A stretch of DNA of 64,000 bases, from the IMG/VR virus record IMGVR_UViG_3300021437_000012, positions 1 to 64,000 of that record, one strand, 5' to 3'. Below, piece by piece: positions 26,485 through 36,762 of the stretch; the stretch's first letter is position 1; every line of letters begins with the position of its first letter. The notes below the pieces were generated by a model. It searched no databases and had not been told where the DNA came from. It saw nothing but the letters and a program-made list of their open reading frames with translations. The translations under genes were made by a program, and so were the position numbers. The stretch comes from a virus.

Positions 26485-28153
26485 GACTCCCGATCCGGCG
26501 CAGAATCTTGCGGATGCGCTCAACAATCTTGCTACCGTCACTAAGGCGGTAAGCACGCAACCCACCCCTAACGCGACTCCTGCCGAGCAGAAGCCCGTTT
26601 CGACCGAAACCAAAGTCGAGCAGACTCCGGTTCAGGCGTTCAAGTCGTATCTCAATCTCGCAAATCAGCAGCTTGATTTGGCTACTTCGGAAGCCGATAA
26701 GGCTGCAATTCGTGCGGGGTTGAATGACACTCTTACGAAGATCGACGCCGACGTTAAAAAAATGCCGGTGGGTGACTACGTTAAGAAAACCGAATGGGGC
26801 GTTGAGGAAGCGAAGAACTACCTTGCTGAAATTGGGGGCATCCCGAAGACGGAAGTGAAGGGTATTTTTTCAAACCTCGGGGCACAACGTACTGCATCCG
26901 CAGATTCGTGGCGTGCTCAGTTCGGCAACCGTACTCCCCTTGACGTTCTTTTCAAGGGTGCGATGATCCCTGACACTTCCGGTCCTTACGAGAAGGCTAA
27001 GCCTCTTATCGTTAAGGATGACATGCTGGAGCGTGCGCGCGATCTGCACGATCAGGTTTTCGTGTGGATGCTACACAAGCAGGCGCAGAACGGCGGCATG
27101 GGTGTTGACCCGCGTACACAGTGCCGCATTTGGCCTGAGTACGCAAAGGCGATGGAGTACGTTGGTAAGGCGCTGGATACCACCGACACTGCTAACTGGG
27201 TGCCGACTGGGTTCACGACTGACTTACTCGCTCGCTACGATCTTGATCGTAACGTTAGCCGTCAACTGCGTACTTTCCAACAGCCCCGCAACCCCTTTGA
27301 TTATCCCGTCATGGGGGCGCGCACGACCACGTACAAAATCAGTGAACAGACTGCGGATATTGAGTCGGCTACGGCTGTCACGACTTCTGACATGACGCCG
27401 CTGAAAATCACGTTAACACTCGCTTCTCTCGGCGCTCGCACGTCTTGGAGCTACGAGTTAGACGAGGATTCGATCATCGCAATCGCTACTGAGGCCCGCA
27501 ATCAGTTGGGAATCTCGATGGCGTACTCGGAAGAAGACGCGCTTATCAATGGTGATACCACGGGTACTCACCAGGATGCGGACGTTACTTCTTCGAGCGA
27601 TATCCGCAAAATCTGGAAGGGTTTTCGTAAGTACGCGATTCAGCAGTCGTACACCACGGACGGTTCCGCGAAGGTCGTTGAGACGCTGACCGGAATGATC
27701 AAGTCGATGGGTAAGTACGGCGCGCGTCCTGCGGATCTTTTCTGGGTTTGCGCTCCTGGGCTGCGAGCGGACTTCTTGTCCCTTAAGGACACCAACAACA
27801 ATCCTGTAATGATCGGCCTTCCTGTCATGGGCGCGGGTAACAGCCCGATGGTCATGACGTTGGCTGATGTGCCACTTCTTCTCGGATTGCCGTTGGTCGT
27901 TTCTGAGGCTTTCCGCTCGGACTTGAACGCGTCGGGCGTTTTCGACAACACTACCACGTCTAAGACGGGTCTTTTGCTCGTCAACCGCAAGGGTTGGATC
28001 TATAGCTACTCGAATGAGCAGCCGCTTATCGAGTCGCAGCGTTGGATTCGCACCCGGCAGATCGAGATCGTTGCTTCGATGCGGCGTGCGTTCAACCCGA
28101 TCTTCGCCATTGCATCGAACAAGACGGTTTGGTACGATTACAACATGGCCTAA
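26468..28153 (+). CDS. major capsid protein (HK97 fold) with N-terminal scaffold/delta region
   Basis: Position after the protease; K|ALDTT..WVPT, ELDEDS, EEDALINGD, LLGLPLV; strong codon bias. Confidence 0.9.
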   Translation: MADELKTPDPAQNLADALNNLATVTKAVSTQPTPNATPAEQKPVSTETKVEQTPVQAFKSYLNLANQQLDLATSEADKAAIRAGLNDTLTKIDADVKKMPVGDYVKKTEWGVEEAKNYLAEIGGIPKTEVKGIFSNLGAQRTASADSWRAQFGNRTPLDVLFKGAMIPDTSGPYEKAKPLIVKDDMLERARDLHDQVFVWMLHKQAQNGGMGVDPRTQCRIWPEYAKAMEYVGKALDTTDTANWVPTGFTTDLLARYDLDRNVSRQLRTFQQPRNPFDYPVMGARTTTYKISEQTADIESATAVTTSDMTPLKITLTLASLGARTSWSYELDEDSIIAIATEARNQLGISMAYSEEDALINGDTTGTHQDADVTSSSDIRKIWKGFRKYAIQQSYTTDGSAKVVETLTGMIKSMGKYGARPADLFWVCAPGLRADFLSLKDTNNNPVMIGLPVMGAGNSPMVMTLADVPLLLGLPLVVSEAFRSDLNASGVFDNTTTSKTGLLLVNRKGWIYSYSNEQPLIESQRWIRTRQIEIVASMRRAFNPIFAIASNKTVWYDYNMA

Positions 28154-28182
28154 GTCTTCCTCCTGGACTTAGAGCTTGCACG

Positions 28183-28221
28183 GCGGCGCGCTGAAGTAAC
28201 TAAGGCGCGCCGTTTTTATTT
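28183..28221 (+). terminator. rho-independent terminator after the capsid gene
   Basis: CGGCGCGC...GCGCGCCG followed by TTTTTATTT. Confidence 0.8.
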
Positions 28222-28427
28222 GGTTTGAATCCTACTTTTTTAGTTAGTCCTGGCTGTATAGCTAAGCTGCTTTCATAGAACCATTCTACTGTGCGCCTTC
28301 CTTCAATCCACCACGTAATTTCGTAATATGGAGCCTGATTGTTTATTATCGAAATTGCGGTAACAGTGCCTTGAATCCTGCTATCTTCGATGTAAACCCT
28401 TGTGTCTAAAGGAATTATCTGGATCAT
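28200..28427 (-). CDS. small antisense-oriented protein
   Basis: AAAGGAG RBS before ATG 28427; beta-rich MIQIIPLDTRVYIE...YEITWW. Confidence 0.65.
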   Translation of the reverse strand: MIQIIPLDTRVYIEDSRIQGTVTAISIINNQAPYYEITWWIEGRRTVEWFYESSLAIQPGLTKKVGFKPNKNGAP

Positions 28428-28448
28428 GCTGTGGGCTCCTTTCATCGG

Positions 28449-28477
28449 TTGACAACTGAGTTATGCAGGAGTATAGT
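28449..28477 (+). promoter_or_regulatory. sigma70 promoter, glyco-island unit 1
   Basis: TTGACA-N17-TATAGT. Confidence 0.8.
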
Positions 28478-28486
28478 ATGGTTACG

Positions 28487-29200
28487 ATGAATGAGTCAAC
28501 GCTAGTTTGTGTAAGCGGGTTTAATGATGGCGCACAAATGTTGCGCGAATGTGTACAATCCGCCAACGCACTTGGTTTTCATGTTCTGTATATGGACGGT
28601 GCATACCCGCTGTTCTTAGATGATCCCGACGAAGACGTGTGGACTTCAGACGAAGCCTTACAAAAAGCGCTAGTTGATCTTCACGTTGATGAAGGTGATC
28701 ACGAATTTCGGTGGACAAGCGAAGCTGATAAGAAAAATGAAGTTCTGCGTCAGGCCGAAACACTGCGCACACCTAGCGGTGGTTGGTACAAGTGGGCACT
28801 GTTTCTCGACGTAGACGAAAGACTAGAGGGTACATACTACAATTTTACACCAGAGGACCACTACAAATTAGGTGATCCTACTGAGTTATGGTGGATCAAC
28901 ATGTATCGCTACGATGTTCATTTACCCCATAATCCGCAAGGTTTCCCGATGCCGAGAATGTTGCGCTTGCATCCGTCCCTGCACTTCAAACCACCGCGTG
29001 ATTACGACGTGTATCGCGAGGAGAAACAAATCGCTTTCATGGACGGCGCTACTATACCGTCTTATTGCGAAGGACATTATGCGCTGTTAGATCCTGGCAT
29101 TCTTCGTATTCGGCACGAGCGCAATAAACGCACCGATGAGCGGCGCAATAAAGCGGGGCGTTATTATCAACGGCAACGTGGTGATGTGAATGTTAGATAA
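28487..29200 (+). CDS. GT-A (GT2-like) glycosyltransferase, paralog A
   Basis: DGAY, E..K.N, FLDVDER (DxD), IRHER. Confidence 0.65.
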   Translation: MNESTLVCVSGFNDGAQMLRECVQSANALGFHVLYMDGAYPLFLDDPDEDVWTSDEALQKALVDLHVDEGDHEFRWTSEADKKNEVLRQAETLRTPSGGWYKWALFLDVDERLEGTYYNFTPEDHYKLGDPTELWWINMYRYDVHLPHNPQGFPMPRMLRLHPSLHFKPPRDYDVYREEKQIAFMDGATIPSYCEGHYALLDPGILRIRHERNKRTDERRNKAGRYYQRQRGDVNVR

Positions 29201-29552
29201 CCAACTTCAAGTAACTAAGATGGGTTTTAAGAATGCTCGTAGCTACGAAGTTGGTGATCTTCCTTGGCTTGAAGATTTATTCGACTTAGCGAGGAAGCAG
29301 ACGAACTTCTTACCTTATGCCCACAATTTTCCGGTCAAGACTTCGTGGAGCTTATCTGAGCTTGGGGCACATAACTTACTAACTAAAGACATAGTTAATG
29401 AGGTAGCTAACACACTCGCGCGTGAAGAAGAGGACATGATTATCAATGGTGATCGTGGCGGACTCCTTGTGCGTAACTGGAAGATGCCTGAAATCAAATC
29501 CAATGGCAGCCTCATCGGTAACTATTCCGTAGGATTTAGGAGCAACACATGA
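29190..29552 (+). CDS. small protein with a capsid-protein-like segment
   Basis: KTSWS...LAREEEDMIINGD mirrors the capsid RTSWS...MAYSEEDALINGD. Confidence 0.55.
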   Translation: MLDNQLQVTKMGFKNARSYEVGDLPWLEDLFDLARKQTNFLPYAHNFPVKTSWSLSELGAHNLLTKDIVNEVANTLAREEEDMIINGDRGGLLVRNWKMPEIKSNGSLIGNYSVGFRSNT

Positions 29553-30529
29553 AATTCCAAAAACAGAACATTCTCATTACTGGTGCGGGTGGTTTTCTTG
29601 GTTGGCATCTTTCTGAATACTTGCACGCGCAAGGTCACAACGTAACTGGTATCGATCTACACACTGCCAAGTATGCTCCTCATTCGTCTACTCAATTGTT
29701 AATTCGAGACGTAAGAAATCCTGGATGGGTGCCTGGAGCTAAATACGACGTAGTGTACGCGCTAGCAGCAGATATGGGCGGTATGGGGTACATCTCGCAA
29801 CACTCCGCGGAGATTCTTGCCAACAACCTTAGAGTGAATCTCAGTACAGTAGAGGCTGTACGCTTGCATAAAATTTCGCGCGTTGTGTTTGCATCTTCCG
29901 CGTGTGTCTACAACGAATTGAAACAAGATGGGGCGGACTCCAAACCGCTCACTGAAGACGATGCGTACCCCGCACTGCCCGATACAGAATATGGTTGGGA
30001 GAAGCTAATCTCGGAACGTCTGTATCAAGCCTACGCAAAAGCTTACGGATTCACTGCGCATATCGTAAGGTTTCACAACGTCTTCGGACCTTACGGATCG
30101 TGGAATGATGGGCGTGAGAAAGCACCAGCCGCTATTTGTCGGAAAGTCGCGGAGCATAAAGCAAAACGTACTAAAGAGATTGAGGTTTGGGGTGATGGGC
30201 AGCAACGTCGGTCATTTTTGTATGTGGGTGACTGGCTTAAGGGGTTGCAAAAACTTGTCGATGGTAACATTGTGGGGCCTATCAATCTTGGGTCTGCGGA
30301 TGACGTGTCTATTGCGGAGTTAGTAGCTCAGGTGTGTGAAATTGCAGGTGTAAAAGATCCTGTGATTAAGTTCATCCCTGGACCGCAAGGTGTGCGAGCA
30401 CGTAACTCTGACAATACACTTATTAAGAAGTTAACGGAGTGGGAACCGCCTGCGAATACGTTGAATCGTGGGCTTAAGGTGTTGTACCCTTGGATTGAGG
30501 AGCAAGTATGGAACGTGCGCAAGACTTAA
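29549..30529 (+). CDS. NAD-dependent epimerase, GDP-mannose 3,5-epimerase-like
   Basis: GAGGFLG, LAADMGGMGYI, SSACVY, YGWEK, GREKAPAAICRK, GVRARNSDN. Confidence 0.88.
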   Translation: MKFQKQNILITGAGGFLGWHLSEYLHAQGHNVTGIDLHTAKYAPHSSTQLLIRDVRNPGWVPGAKYDVVYALAADMGGMGYISQHSAEILANNLRVNLSTVEAVRLHKISRVVFASSACVYNELKQDGADSKPLTEDDAYPALPDTEYGWEKLISERLYQAYAKAYGFTAHIVRFHNVFGPYGSWNDGREKAPAAICRKVAEHKAKRTKEIEVWGDGQQRRSFLYVGDWLKGLQKLVDGNIVGPINLGSADDVSIAELVAQVCEIAGVKDPVIKFIPGPQGVRARNSDNTLIKKLTEWEPPANTLNRGLKVLYPWIEEQVWNVRKT

Positions 30530-31164
30530 CACATTCAGAGATTGCGTCTTTCGTTGGGCACGCTAGTCCACTGATTCTTGAAATCGGCGCTAACGATGGC
30601 GCTGATACTGCACAGTTTCTTGAACACTTCCAAGGTAGACCGCTTATCTACTGTTTCGAGTGTGATCCACGCGCGATTGATAAATTCAGAGTCCGCAATT
30701 TTTCACCCGAGCGCGTAATCCTCACTGAAATCGCACTCGCCTCAAAGTCCGGCACACACGAGTTTTACCAATCTGGTGGTACGCCCACTATGGATCGCTC
30801 GATTGATTGGGATAAGTCTGGCTCTTTATTTCGTCCTACTGGACATCTAGTCTATTCGCCTTGGTGTAAGTTTGATAGCAAAATTGAAGTGCCTACCATT
30901 ACACTTGATGAATGGGCTGAAGAAAATATACCAAATGAGCCCATAATCGACTTTATTTGGATCGATACGCAGGGTGCCGAACTAGATATATTTCGTGGTG
31001 GTTTGCATACTCTAGCAAAGACACGTTTTGTTAAGACCGAATGCCACCGCACAATTATGTATGAAGGAGCACCAACTGAGGGAGATTTGCGCGGATTTTT
31101 TTATGAGTGGACCTATATAGGACGTTACGCTGATGATCTTCTTTTTAGGAATGATGCAGTATGA
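30508..31164 (+). CDS. FkbM-family methyltransferase
   Basis: EIGANDG, FECDP, TLDEW, IDFIWIDTQGAE. Confidence 0.88.
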   Translation: MERAQDLTHSEIASFVGHASPLILEIGANDGADTAQFLEHFQGRPLIYCFECDPRAIDKFRVRNFSPERVILTEIALASKSGTHEFYQSGGTPTMDRSIDWDKSGSLFRPTGHLVYSPWCKFDSKIEVPTITLDEWAEENIPNEPIIDFIWIDTQGAELDIFRGGLHTLAKTRFVKTECHRTIMYEGAPTEGDLRGFFYEWTYIGRYADDLLFRNDAV

Positions 31165-32129
31165 CGAGTAAAGAGCTACGCGCATTACGAGACGTTACTA
31201 AAAATATCGAGGGTGTTACTGATTTATTTGATATAGCACTGCAAGAATTAGCAATTAAAGAGCAGATGAACGCAGATTTACGTGAAACATACGAAACCTT
31301 AGTTGACCAGCGTAATCAAGCTGAACTTGAGCGCGCTAGTATTCAAGCTAGTTTTCGCGGAGTTGAGCGCGAACGTGATAATTCTCAGATTGCTCTTTTT
31401 GAGTCTCGTCGCGAATTGTTTCAACATTATGGAGCTTCTGATGCTTCGTTAGTTACTCGCATATTTGGTGAACCTGGGTATTTGGCAATGGTACGTGCAG
31501 AAAAAGCCCATCTCGTTAGTTTGAAATTAAATTGGGATAATAAGTCTGCATTAGAGGTAGGTGCGGGAATTGGGGAGCATACATCATTTCTTTTAGATCG
31601 TAATTGTGTTGTAACTACTTCCGATGGGCGGGAAGATAATACGGCAATCCTACAACGTCGTTGGGGACATCGTACACGAGTACGTAAATGGGATGTAGAG
31701 AATGTGCAGGACTATGACGCTAGTCGATATGAAATTTTGCACGTGTACGGACTTCTTTATCATTTGAAAGAACCTGCGCTAGCAATTAAATTACTTAGTA
31801 GATTATGCACTAATTTTATGGTACTTAGTACCTGTGTTCAATCAACTGATGGCGAATCTGAATTTATGTTGGCAGAAGACCCTGCTGATTTGCGTAATTC
31901 TGTAAATGGCTACGGAGTACGACCTTCACGTCAATGGGTATTTAACGAGCTTCTCTGCCATTTTCCTTATGCTTATTACACTACTACACAGCCAAATCAT
32001 ACGGATTACCCATTAGAATTTAAAACTCCAAAATTGGGACTTACTCGTGCTGTATTTGTCGCTTCACATACGTCGCTTAGTAATTCGTCACTTTCTACGT
32101 TAAAACCTGATGTGTATGAGCGCATATAA
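31161..32129 (+). CDS. class I SAM methyltransferase with N-terminal coiled coil
   Basis: LEVGAGIG, GLLYHL. Confidence 0.8.
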   Translation: MTSKELRALRDVTKNIEGVTDLFDIALQELAIKEQMNADLRETYETLVDQRNQAELERASIQASFRGVERERDNSQIALFESRRELFQHYGASDASLVTRIFGEPGYLAMVRAEKAHLVSLKLNWDNKSALEVGAGIGEHTSFLLDRNCVVTTSDGREDNTAILQRRWGHRTRVRKWDVENVQDYDASRYEILHVYGLLYHLKEPALAIKLLSRLCTNFMVLSTCVQSTDGESEFMLAEDPADLRNSVNGYGVRPSRQWVFNELLCHFPYAYYTTTQPNHTDYPLEFKTPKLGLTRAVFVASHTSLSNSSLSTLKPDVYERI

Positions 32130-32908
32130 TGCCTAAATTTGAGCTAGGGACGTTAGATACTTGGTACGTTAATCTTGATTCAAGGTTAGATCGTCGTGAG
32201 CATGTAGAGAATCAGTTAAAAAGAGTGGGTCTTCATGCACAACGGCAACGTGGTTATCTGCCCACTGAGTGGAACGGACCACAAGAAAAAATTCGGCGTA
32301 TGTATGACCGCACTCCTGGTGCAATTGGCTGTCATATGAGTCAGACTGCAATTATTGCGCGTAGTCTTTTAACTCATCGCAATGTATTGGTATTAGAGGA
32401 TGACGTTGTATTTTGTACTGATTTTATGGCGCGTATTAACTATATAGAAAATTTTCTTGACGGGTGTGAATGGGACATCTTTTGGCTGGGGGCTACTTTT
32501 CATTGTAATCCTCCGGTTTGGCACGCTATGGATGTATCAGATCCTTTGATGGCGCACATCGGACGCGATGTTGAGTTAACTGACGATCCCCGAATTCTGC
32601 GAACATATGGCATTTGGTCAACGTATGCGTACATTGTAAATGCAGATAGCGCGCATAAAATCTTGACTCTGTTTGACCAAAATCTCCATTTGTCAATCGG
32701 AATCGATTATTTAGCAATTATGTTGCAGCCCAAATTAAATACGTTCTGCTTTGTACCAGGGTGTGTAGTACAGTATGATAACCAAAGTAATATAGGCACT
32801 GGAGTTACAACGTTTTCTAACTTTAAAGCGCTTGGGCCTTACTGGTACGCAGACCGTATGACAGATTTTGACCCAGTTACTTTTAATTGGGCAGAGGCAC
32901 GAGTATGA
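32129..32908 (+). CDS. GT25-family glycosyltransferase
   Basis: VNLDSRLDRR, GAIGCHMS, LVLEDD. Confidence 0.85.
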   Translation: MPKFELGTLDTWYVNLDSRLDRREHVENQLKRVGLHAQRQRGYLPTEWNGPQEKIRRMYDRTPGAIGCHMSQTAIIARSLLTHRNVLVLEDDVVFCTDFMARINYIENFLDGCEWDIFWLGATFHCNPPVWHAMDVSDPLMAHIGRDVELTDDPRILRTYGIWSTYAYIVNADSAHKILTLFDQNLHLSIGIDYLAIMLQPKLNTFCFVPGCVVQYDNQSNIGTGVTTFSNFKALGPYWYADRMTDFDPVTFNWAEARV

Positions 32909-33765
32909 AACGTGTTATCGTCTTAGTCGCTGATGATAACTATGTAGATCATGCTAAAGCTCTTGTTATGTGCTGTAAAAAGTATGGTAGTTGGATTGAT
33001 GATTTTGCGTTTGTTTGCCCGTCAAATTCACGAGCGGCAGAGACGTTCTCACAAAAGGGGTTTAAGGTATGTCTTCGTGAAGCGGAGTCGTTCTTACAGA
33101 AATTTTATGTTTTTGATGATTTTTTTCGGCAGTGGGACCAAGTTCTATACATGGATTGTGACGTAATTGTACAGAGTGATCTATATAGACTTTTTAGTTT
33201 ACTTGCTTCGTCTGAAAAGCCTATATTGATGGATACCGAAGACCTTACGACTCTCGAAACATTTTGGAGAGATGAGCACAAAATTCGCAATGCACCATTA
33301 TATGCACGTATGCAACTTGAATTCCCTCACATTACGCAGCGTACATTTAACTCTGCATTTATGTTGTTTCGCCCAAATGAGTTACCCGTAAATACTGTAA
33401 ATAAATTGTTCGCAGTGCAGACATGGGTAAGTCCAGCTAATGTAATAAATTCTGAGAAGGATTCGTGTGGAATTTTGCGCGGGGGTGGTACTGACCAACA
33501 AATTATCAATCTTGTACTTTATTCTTATATAGCAGCTATTCCTAGTAAGTTCGTTTGTTATTGGGCTTTCGATGAAGGTGAATCTCGTGTTGTACCTTCG
33601 CGTGGATGGACTGGTACTGAAATTCCAGTAGCTTTACACTATTCGCGTTGGTACGCCCCTTGGATTGAGAAAGTACCCCACGCGGGAGCTTACATGGTGC
33701 ATAGATTAGAGGAATCCGCATACAATATTTATCAAGAAAATCTTAAGGACTTTGAAGCACTATAA
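32905..33765 (+). CDS. GT8-like glycosyltransferase
   Basis: DDNY, VLYMDCD, FNSA, DQQIIN, LHY..PW. Confidence 0.8.
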   Translation: MKRVIVLVADDNYVDHAKALVMCCKKYGSWIDDFAFVCPSNSRAAETFSQKGFKVCLREAESFLQKFYVFDDFFRQWDQVLYMDCDVIVQSDLYRLFSLLASSEKPILMDTEDLTTLETFWRDEHKIRNAPLYARMQLEFPHITQRTFNSAFMLFRPNELPVNTVNKLFAVQTWVSPANVINSEKDSCGILRGGGTDQQIINLVLYSYIAAIPSKFVCYWAFDEGESRVVPSRGWTGTEIPVALHYSRWYAPWIEKVPHAGAYMVHRLEESAYNIYQENLKDFEAL

Positions 33766-34337
33766 TGGCGACTTTCGGTCTTGATTTACGTACTCGCCGC
33801 AGCCTAGTGGCCTCACTTCCTCACAACGCTTGTGTTGCAGAAATAGGTGTACTAGCCGGGGACTTTTCTTCTGTTATTTTTACCGAAACCCATCCTACTG
33901 CGTTGTACTTAGTGGACTGCTGGCAGACACAAGATGCAGAGGTGTACGGACAAGACCCTGCTAGTGCAAATTCACAAGCGTACTTAGACGCTTTGTACAA
34001 AGAAGTATGTGCCAAATTTGCAAATAACCGGGAAGTAGTAGTAATACGAGATTTTTCTATTAAGGCTGCAATAAAATTTGCTAGTGAGTCTCTTGATTGG
34101 GTGTATATTGACGCAAATCATCTTCGTGTGCGTGAAGATATTGAAGCGTGGTGGCCCGCAGTAAAAAGTGGTGGATGGATTACAGGGCACGATTTTACTA
34201 ATACGGTGGGTATCACAGTAAAGACTGATGTTACAGCTTTTACTACTTCGCGTAATCTACCTCTATTTGTAACTACAGGTGAAGGTGGCGGTATATACGA
34301 AGTTAACTACCCATCTTGGGCTTTTCAGAAACCGTGA
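33765..34337 (+). CDS. class I SAM methyltransferase (Methyltransf_24-like)
   Basis: AEIGVLAGDFS, LDWVYIDANH, GGWITGHD. Confidence 0.85.
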   Translation: MATFGLDLRTRRSLVASLPHNACVAEIGVLAGDFSSVIFTETHPTALYLVDCWQTQDAEVYGQDPASANSQAYLDALYKEVCAKFANNREVVVIRDFSIKAAIKFASESLDWVYIDANHLRVREDIEAWWPAVKSGGWITGHDFTNTVGITVKTDVTAFTTSRNLPLFVTTGEGGGIYEVNYPSWAFQKP

Positions 34338-34344
34338 GGTTGGT

Positions 34345-34959
34345 ATGAAATCTTTCAATGAAATTGGTGCATTTTATGGTACAGATAAAGCTGACATATC
34401 CCTACATGGTCACTTTGCTGGTAATCCTGGGCATAATTATATGCGGTATTATGAGCGTATGTTGGGTACTTACCGCGCAGATGAACTTACGATAGTTGAA
34501 ATTGGTGTACAGTACGGCTATTCATTACAAGCATGGGATGAAATTTTCCCTAACGCAAATGTGCACGGGATTGATAAAAGTCCTTTGTGTGCACAAGAGC
34601 ATATGACACGAGCTAAGTTACATACTTTTGATGCAACTAATTTGGAGGAATGTACAGCGTTCTTTACTAAGCTCGGGCCTGTCGATGTTCTTATTGAGGA
34701 CGCATCACACCAAAGTCAAGAGCAGGTGAACTTATTTCATGCCCTGTTTCGTTATGTTCGATCAGGCGGGTTCTACGTAATTGAAGACATTGGCTGCGGC
34801 TATCAAGAATACTATGGGGGAGGACCGGACGGCGGTGTTACTATCCAAATGGTCCGCTCATTCATTGATGATATCCACAATGGGTGTAGTAAATCGAAAA
34901 TTACGGATATAGCAGGAGTTCATCTTTTTCGTGATATAGCTTTTGTGGAGAAAGCATGA
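34345..34959 (+). CDS. sugar O-methyltransferase-like protein
   Basis: YGTDK, HNY..YY, EIGV, DASH, GGFYVIED. Confidence 0.8.
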   Translation: MKSFNEIGAFYGTDKADISLHGHFAGNPGHNYMRYYERMLGTYRADELTIVEIGVQYGYSLQAWDEIFPNANVHGIDKSPLCAQEHMTRAKLHTFDATNLEECTAFFTKLGPVDVLIEDASHQSQEQVNLFHALFRYVRSGGFYVIEDIGCGYQEYYGGGPDGGVTIQMVRSFIDDIHNGCSKSKITDIAGVHLFRDIAFVEKA

Positions 34960-35582
34960 ATTGGATTGAGCGGCTGTACGAGATTAAGAACAAAGATCTG
35001 TATTCACAGAACGGAGAAGGACTGTTATTAGAACACATCTCTAATGCGTTAGGCTTTAACACTGGAACTATTGATGATATCGGCGGCGGGGATGGCTTGT
35101 ATCTTAGTAATAGTAGGCATTTACAAAATCTAGGGTGGGACAGATACGTTATAGACCGCGAACGTGGACAAACTGTTACAGTAGAGAATATTCTTGATAT
35201 ACCATTATTTTTGTTTGAACGAAATACGGCTACAGTACTGTCTATTGATATTGACGGCAATGACTACTGGATACTTGATACAATCTTGCAACATCGTAAG
35301 CCGTCCATCATCGTTGCTGAGTTTAATGCTACATATACTAACTCTCGTACTATCGCGTATAATCCTGATCATGTATGGGCAGGGGATAGCTATTACGGAT
35401 TTACTTTTGCCGCTGGGTGCAAACTTGCTGAACGATTCGGATACCGTGTTATTTTTCAAGTCGCAAATATGAACATGATCATGGTACGTAGCGAATTAGT
35501 AACAGTGCGTGTACCTTCAATTACAGTCAAGCAAAATCACTATTTCAAAATGTCTGATCGCACTGATTGGGTAGACGTATGA
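34956..35582 (+). CDS. FkbM-like methyltransferase
   Basis: YSQNGE, DIGGGDG..LSNS, LSIDIDGNDYW. Confidence 0.75.
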   Translation: MNWIERLYEIKNKDLYSQNGEGLLLEHISNALGFNTGTIDDIGGGDGLYLSNSRHLQNLGWDRYVIDRERGQTVTVENILDIPLFLFERNTATVLSIDIDGNDYWILDTILQHRKPSIIVAEFNATYTNSRTIAYNPDHVWAGDSYYGFTFAAGCKLAERFGYRVIFQVANMNMIMVRSELVTVRVPSITVKQNHYFKMSDRTDWVDV

Positions 35583-36244
35583 AAATAGCTTTGCTTACGT
35601 CTTATTTTGGTGTGTGTCCCTACGAATTTTTGTTTATGGGGGCCGCTACAGAATACTGCACTCGACACAGCTACAATTTAATAAGTATACGCGGGCAGTA
35701 TGATGTTGATCAGAATTTTAATTTTGGTATACCGTTTAAGACAAGCTACGGCGGCGAACCTTGGATATGGTGGTATAAACAATCGTTAATTTCTACGTAT
35801 TTGCCGCTATACGATTACGTTCTATGGATTGATATGGATTGCTTGCTGCTTAATATGAGTCTATCAATTCAGACTCTTATAGAAGAATTCGGAGATAACG
35901 ATTTGCTTGTAGCAGACCATCGTGGTATTCCTGATACGGGCCTTTTATTGTTTCGCAATTCAGTGGCCACGCGAGAATGGGTTAGATATTGGATTGAGTA
36001 CGGCTACACTAAATTTGCCACCGCAGCGTGTGTTCCGCATAACAATCATGCTGCTTTTGAGTCTATGTATGCTACTGGCGCACTACCTGCAAATTCTAAA
36101 GTCGTAGTGTCGCCACAATTTGGTGTTGGGCATGGATTTATGGATGGTCAACTAAGTACAACATTAGCTATGCATGTTTATGGAACGCCAATAGAGGAGA
36201 AAGTACAGATTATGGCTGCTTTCCAGAATCGAATACGCCGATGA
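35579..36244 (+). CDS. GT34-like (GMA12/MNN10) glycosyltransferase
   Basis: Y...H.Y, W.K, YDYVLWIDMD, TG.LLFRN. Confidence 0.7.
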   Translation: MKIALLTSYFGVCPYEFLFMGAATEYCTRHSYNLISIRGQYDVDQNFNFGIPFKTSYGGEPWIWWYKQSLISTYLPLYDYVLWIDMDCLLLNMSLSIQTLIEEFGDNDLLVADHRGIPDTGLLLFRNSVATREWVRYWIEYGYTKFATAACVPHNNHAAFESMYATGALPANSKVVVSPQFGVGHGFMDGQLSTTLAMHVYGTPIEEKVQIMAAFQNRIRR

Positions 36245-36762
36245 TGCGTTCTGGAGTAGAATTTGGGTTTTCCAAGGTTGGGGAAGACGTGTGGGTATCA
36301 GATAAGGCAAGCATCTATAGCGCATCAAAAATCAGTATTGGGGACCATGTACGTATAGACGATTTTTGTATTCTCAGCGCGGGTGAGGGTGGTATAGCAT
36401 TAGGGAACTTTATTCATATTGCTTGTTACTCGTCTTTAATTGGTCATGCTTTGATCCAGTTGCACGACTACGCAAACATTGCCGCGCGCACGTCTATTTT
36501 AAGTTCGTCCGATGATTTTTCAGGACGCCACTTAATAGGCCCGACAGTCGAAGAAAAGTATCGTAAAGTTACTCATAGAGAAGTAACTATCGGAGCATAT
36601 TCTGTTATTGGTGCGGGGTGTGTGGTTTTACCAGGGTCACATATCGGTGCAAATGTTGCTGTTGGAGCTATGAGTTTGGTACGTGGGTACTTAGAAAATG
36701 ATAGTATTTATGTAGGTGTGCCAATAAAAAGGATCAAAGGCCGTGAGCGAAGGTGTCTATAA
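36241..36762 (+). CDS. hexapeptide-repeat sugar acyltransferase (VioB-like)
   Basis: IGDHVRIDDFCILS, IGAGCVVLPG, VGAMSLV. Confidence 0.85.
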   Translation: MMRSGVEFGFSKVGEDVWVSDKASIYSASKISIGDHVRIDDFCILSAGEGGIALGNFIHIACYSSLIGHALIQLHDYANIAARTSILSSSDDFSGRHLIGPTVEEKYRKVTHREVTIGAYSVIGAGCVVLPGSHIGANVAVGAMSLVRGYLENDSIYVGVPIKRIKGRERRCL

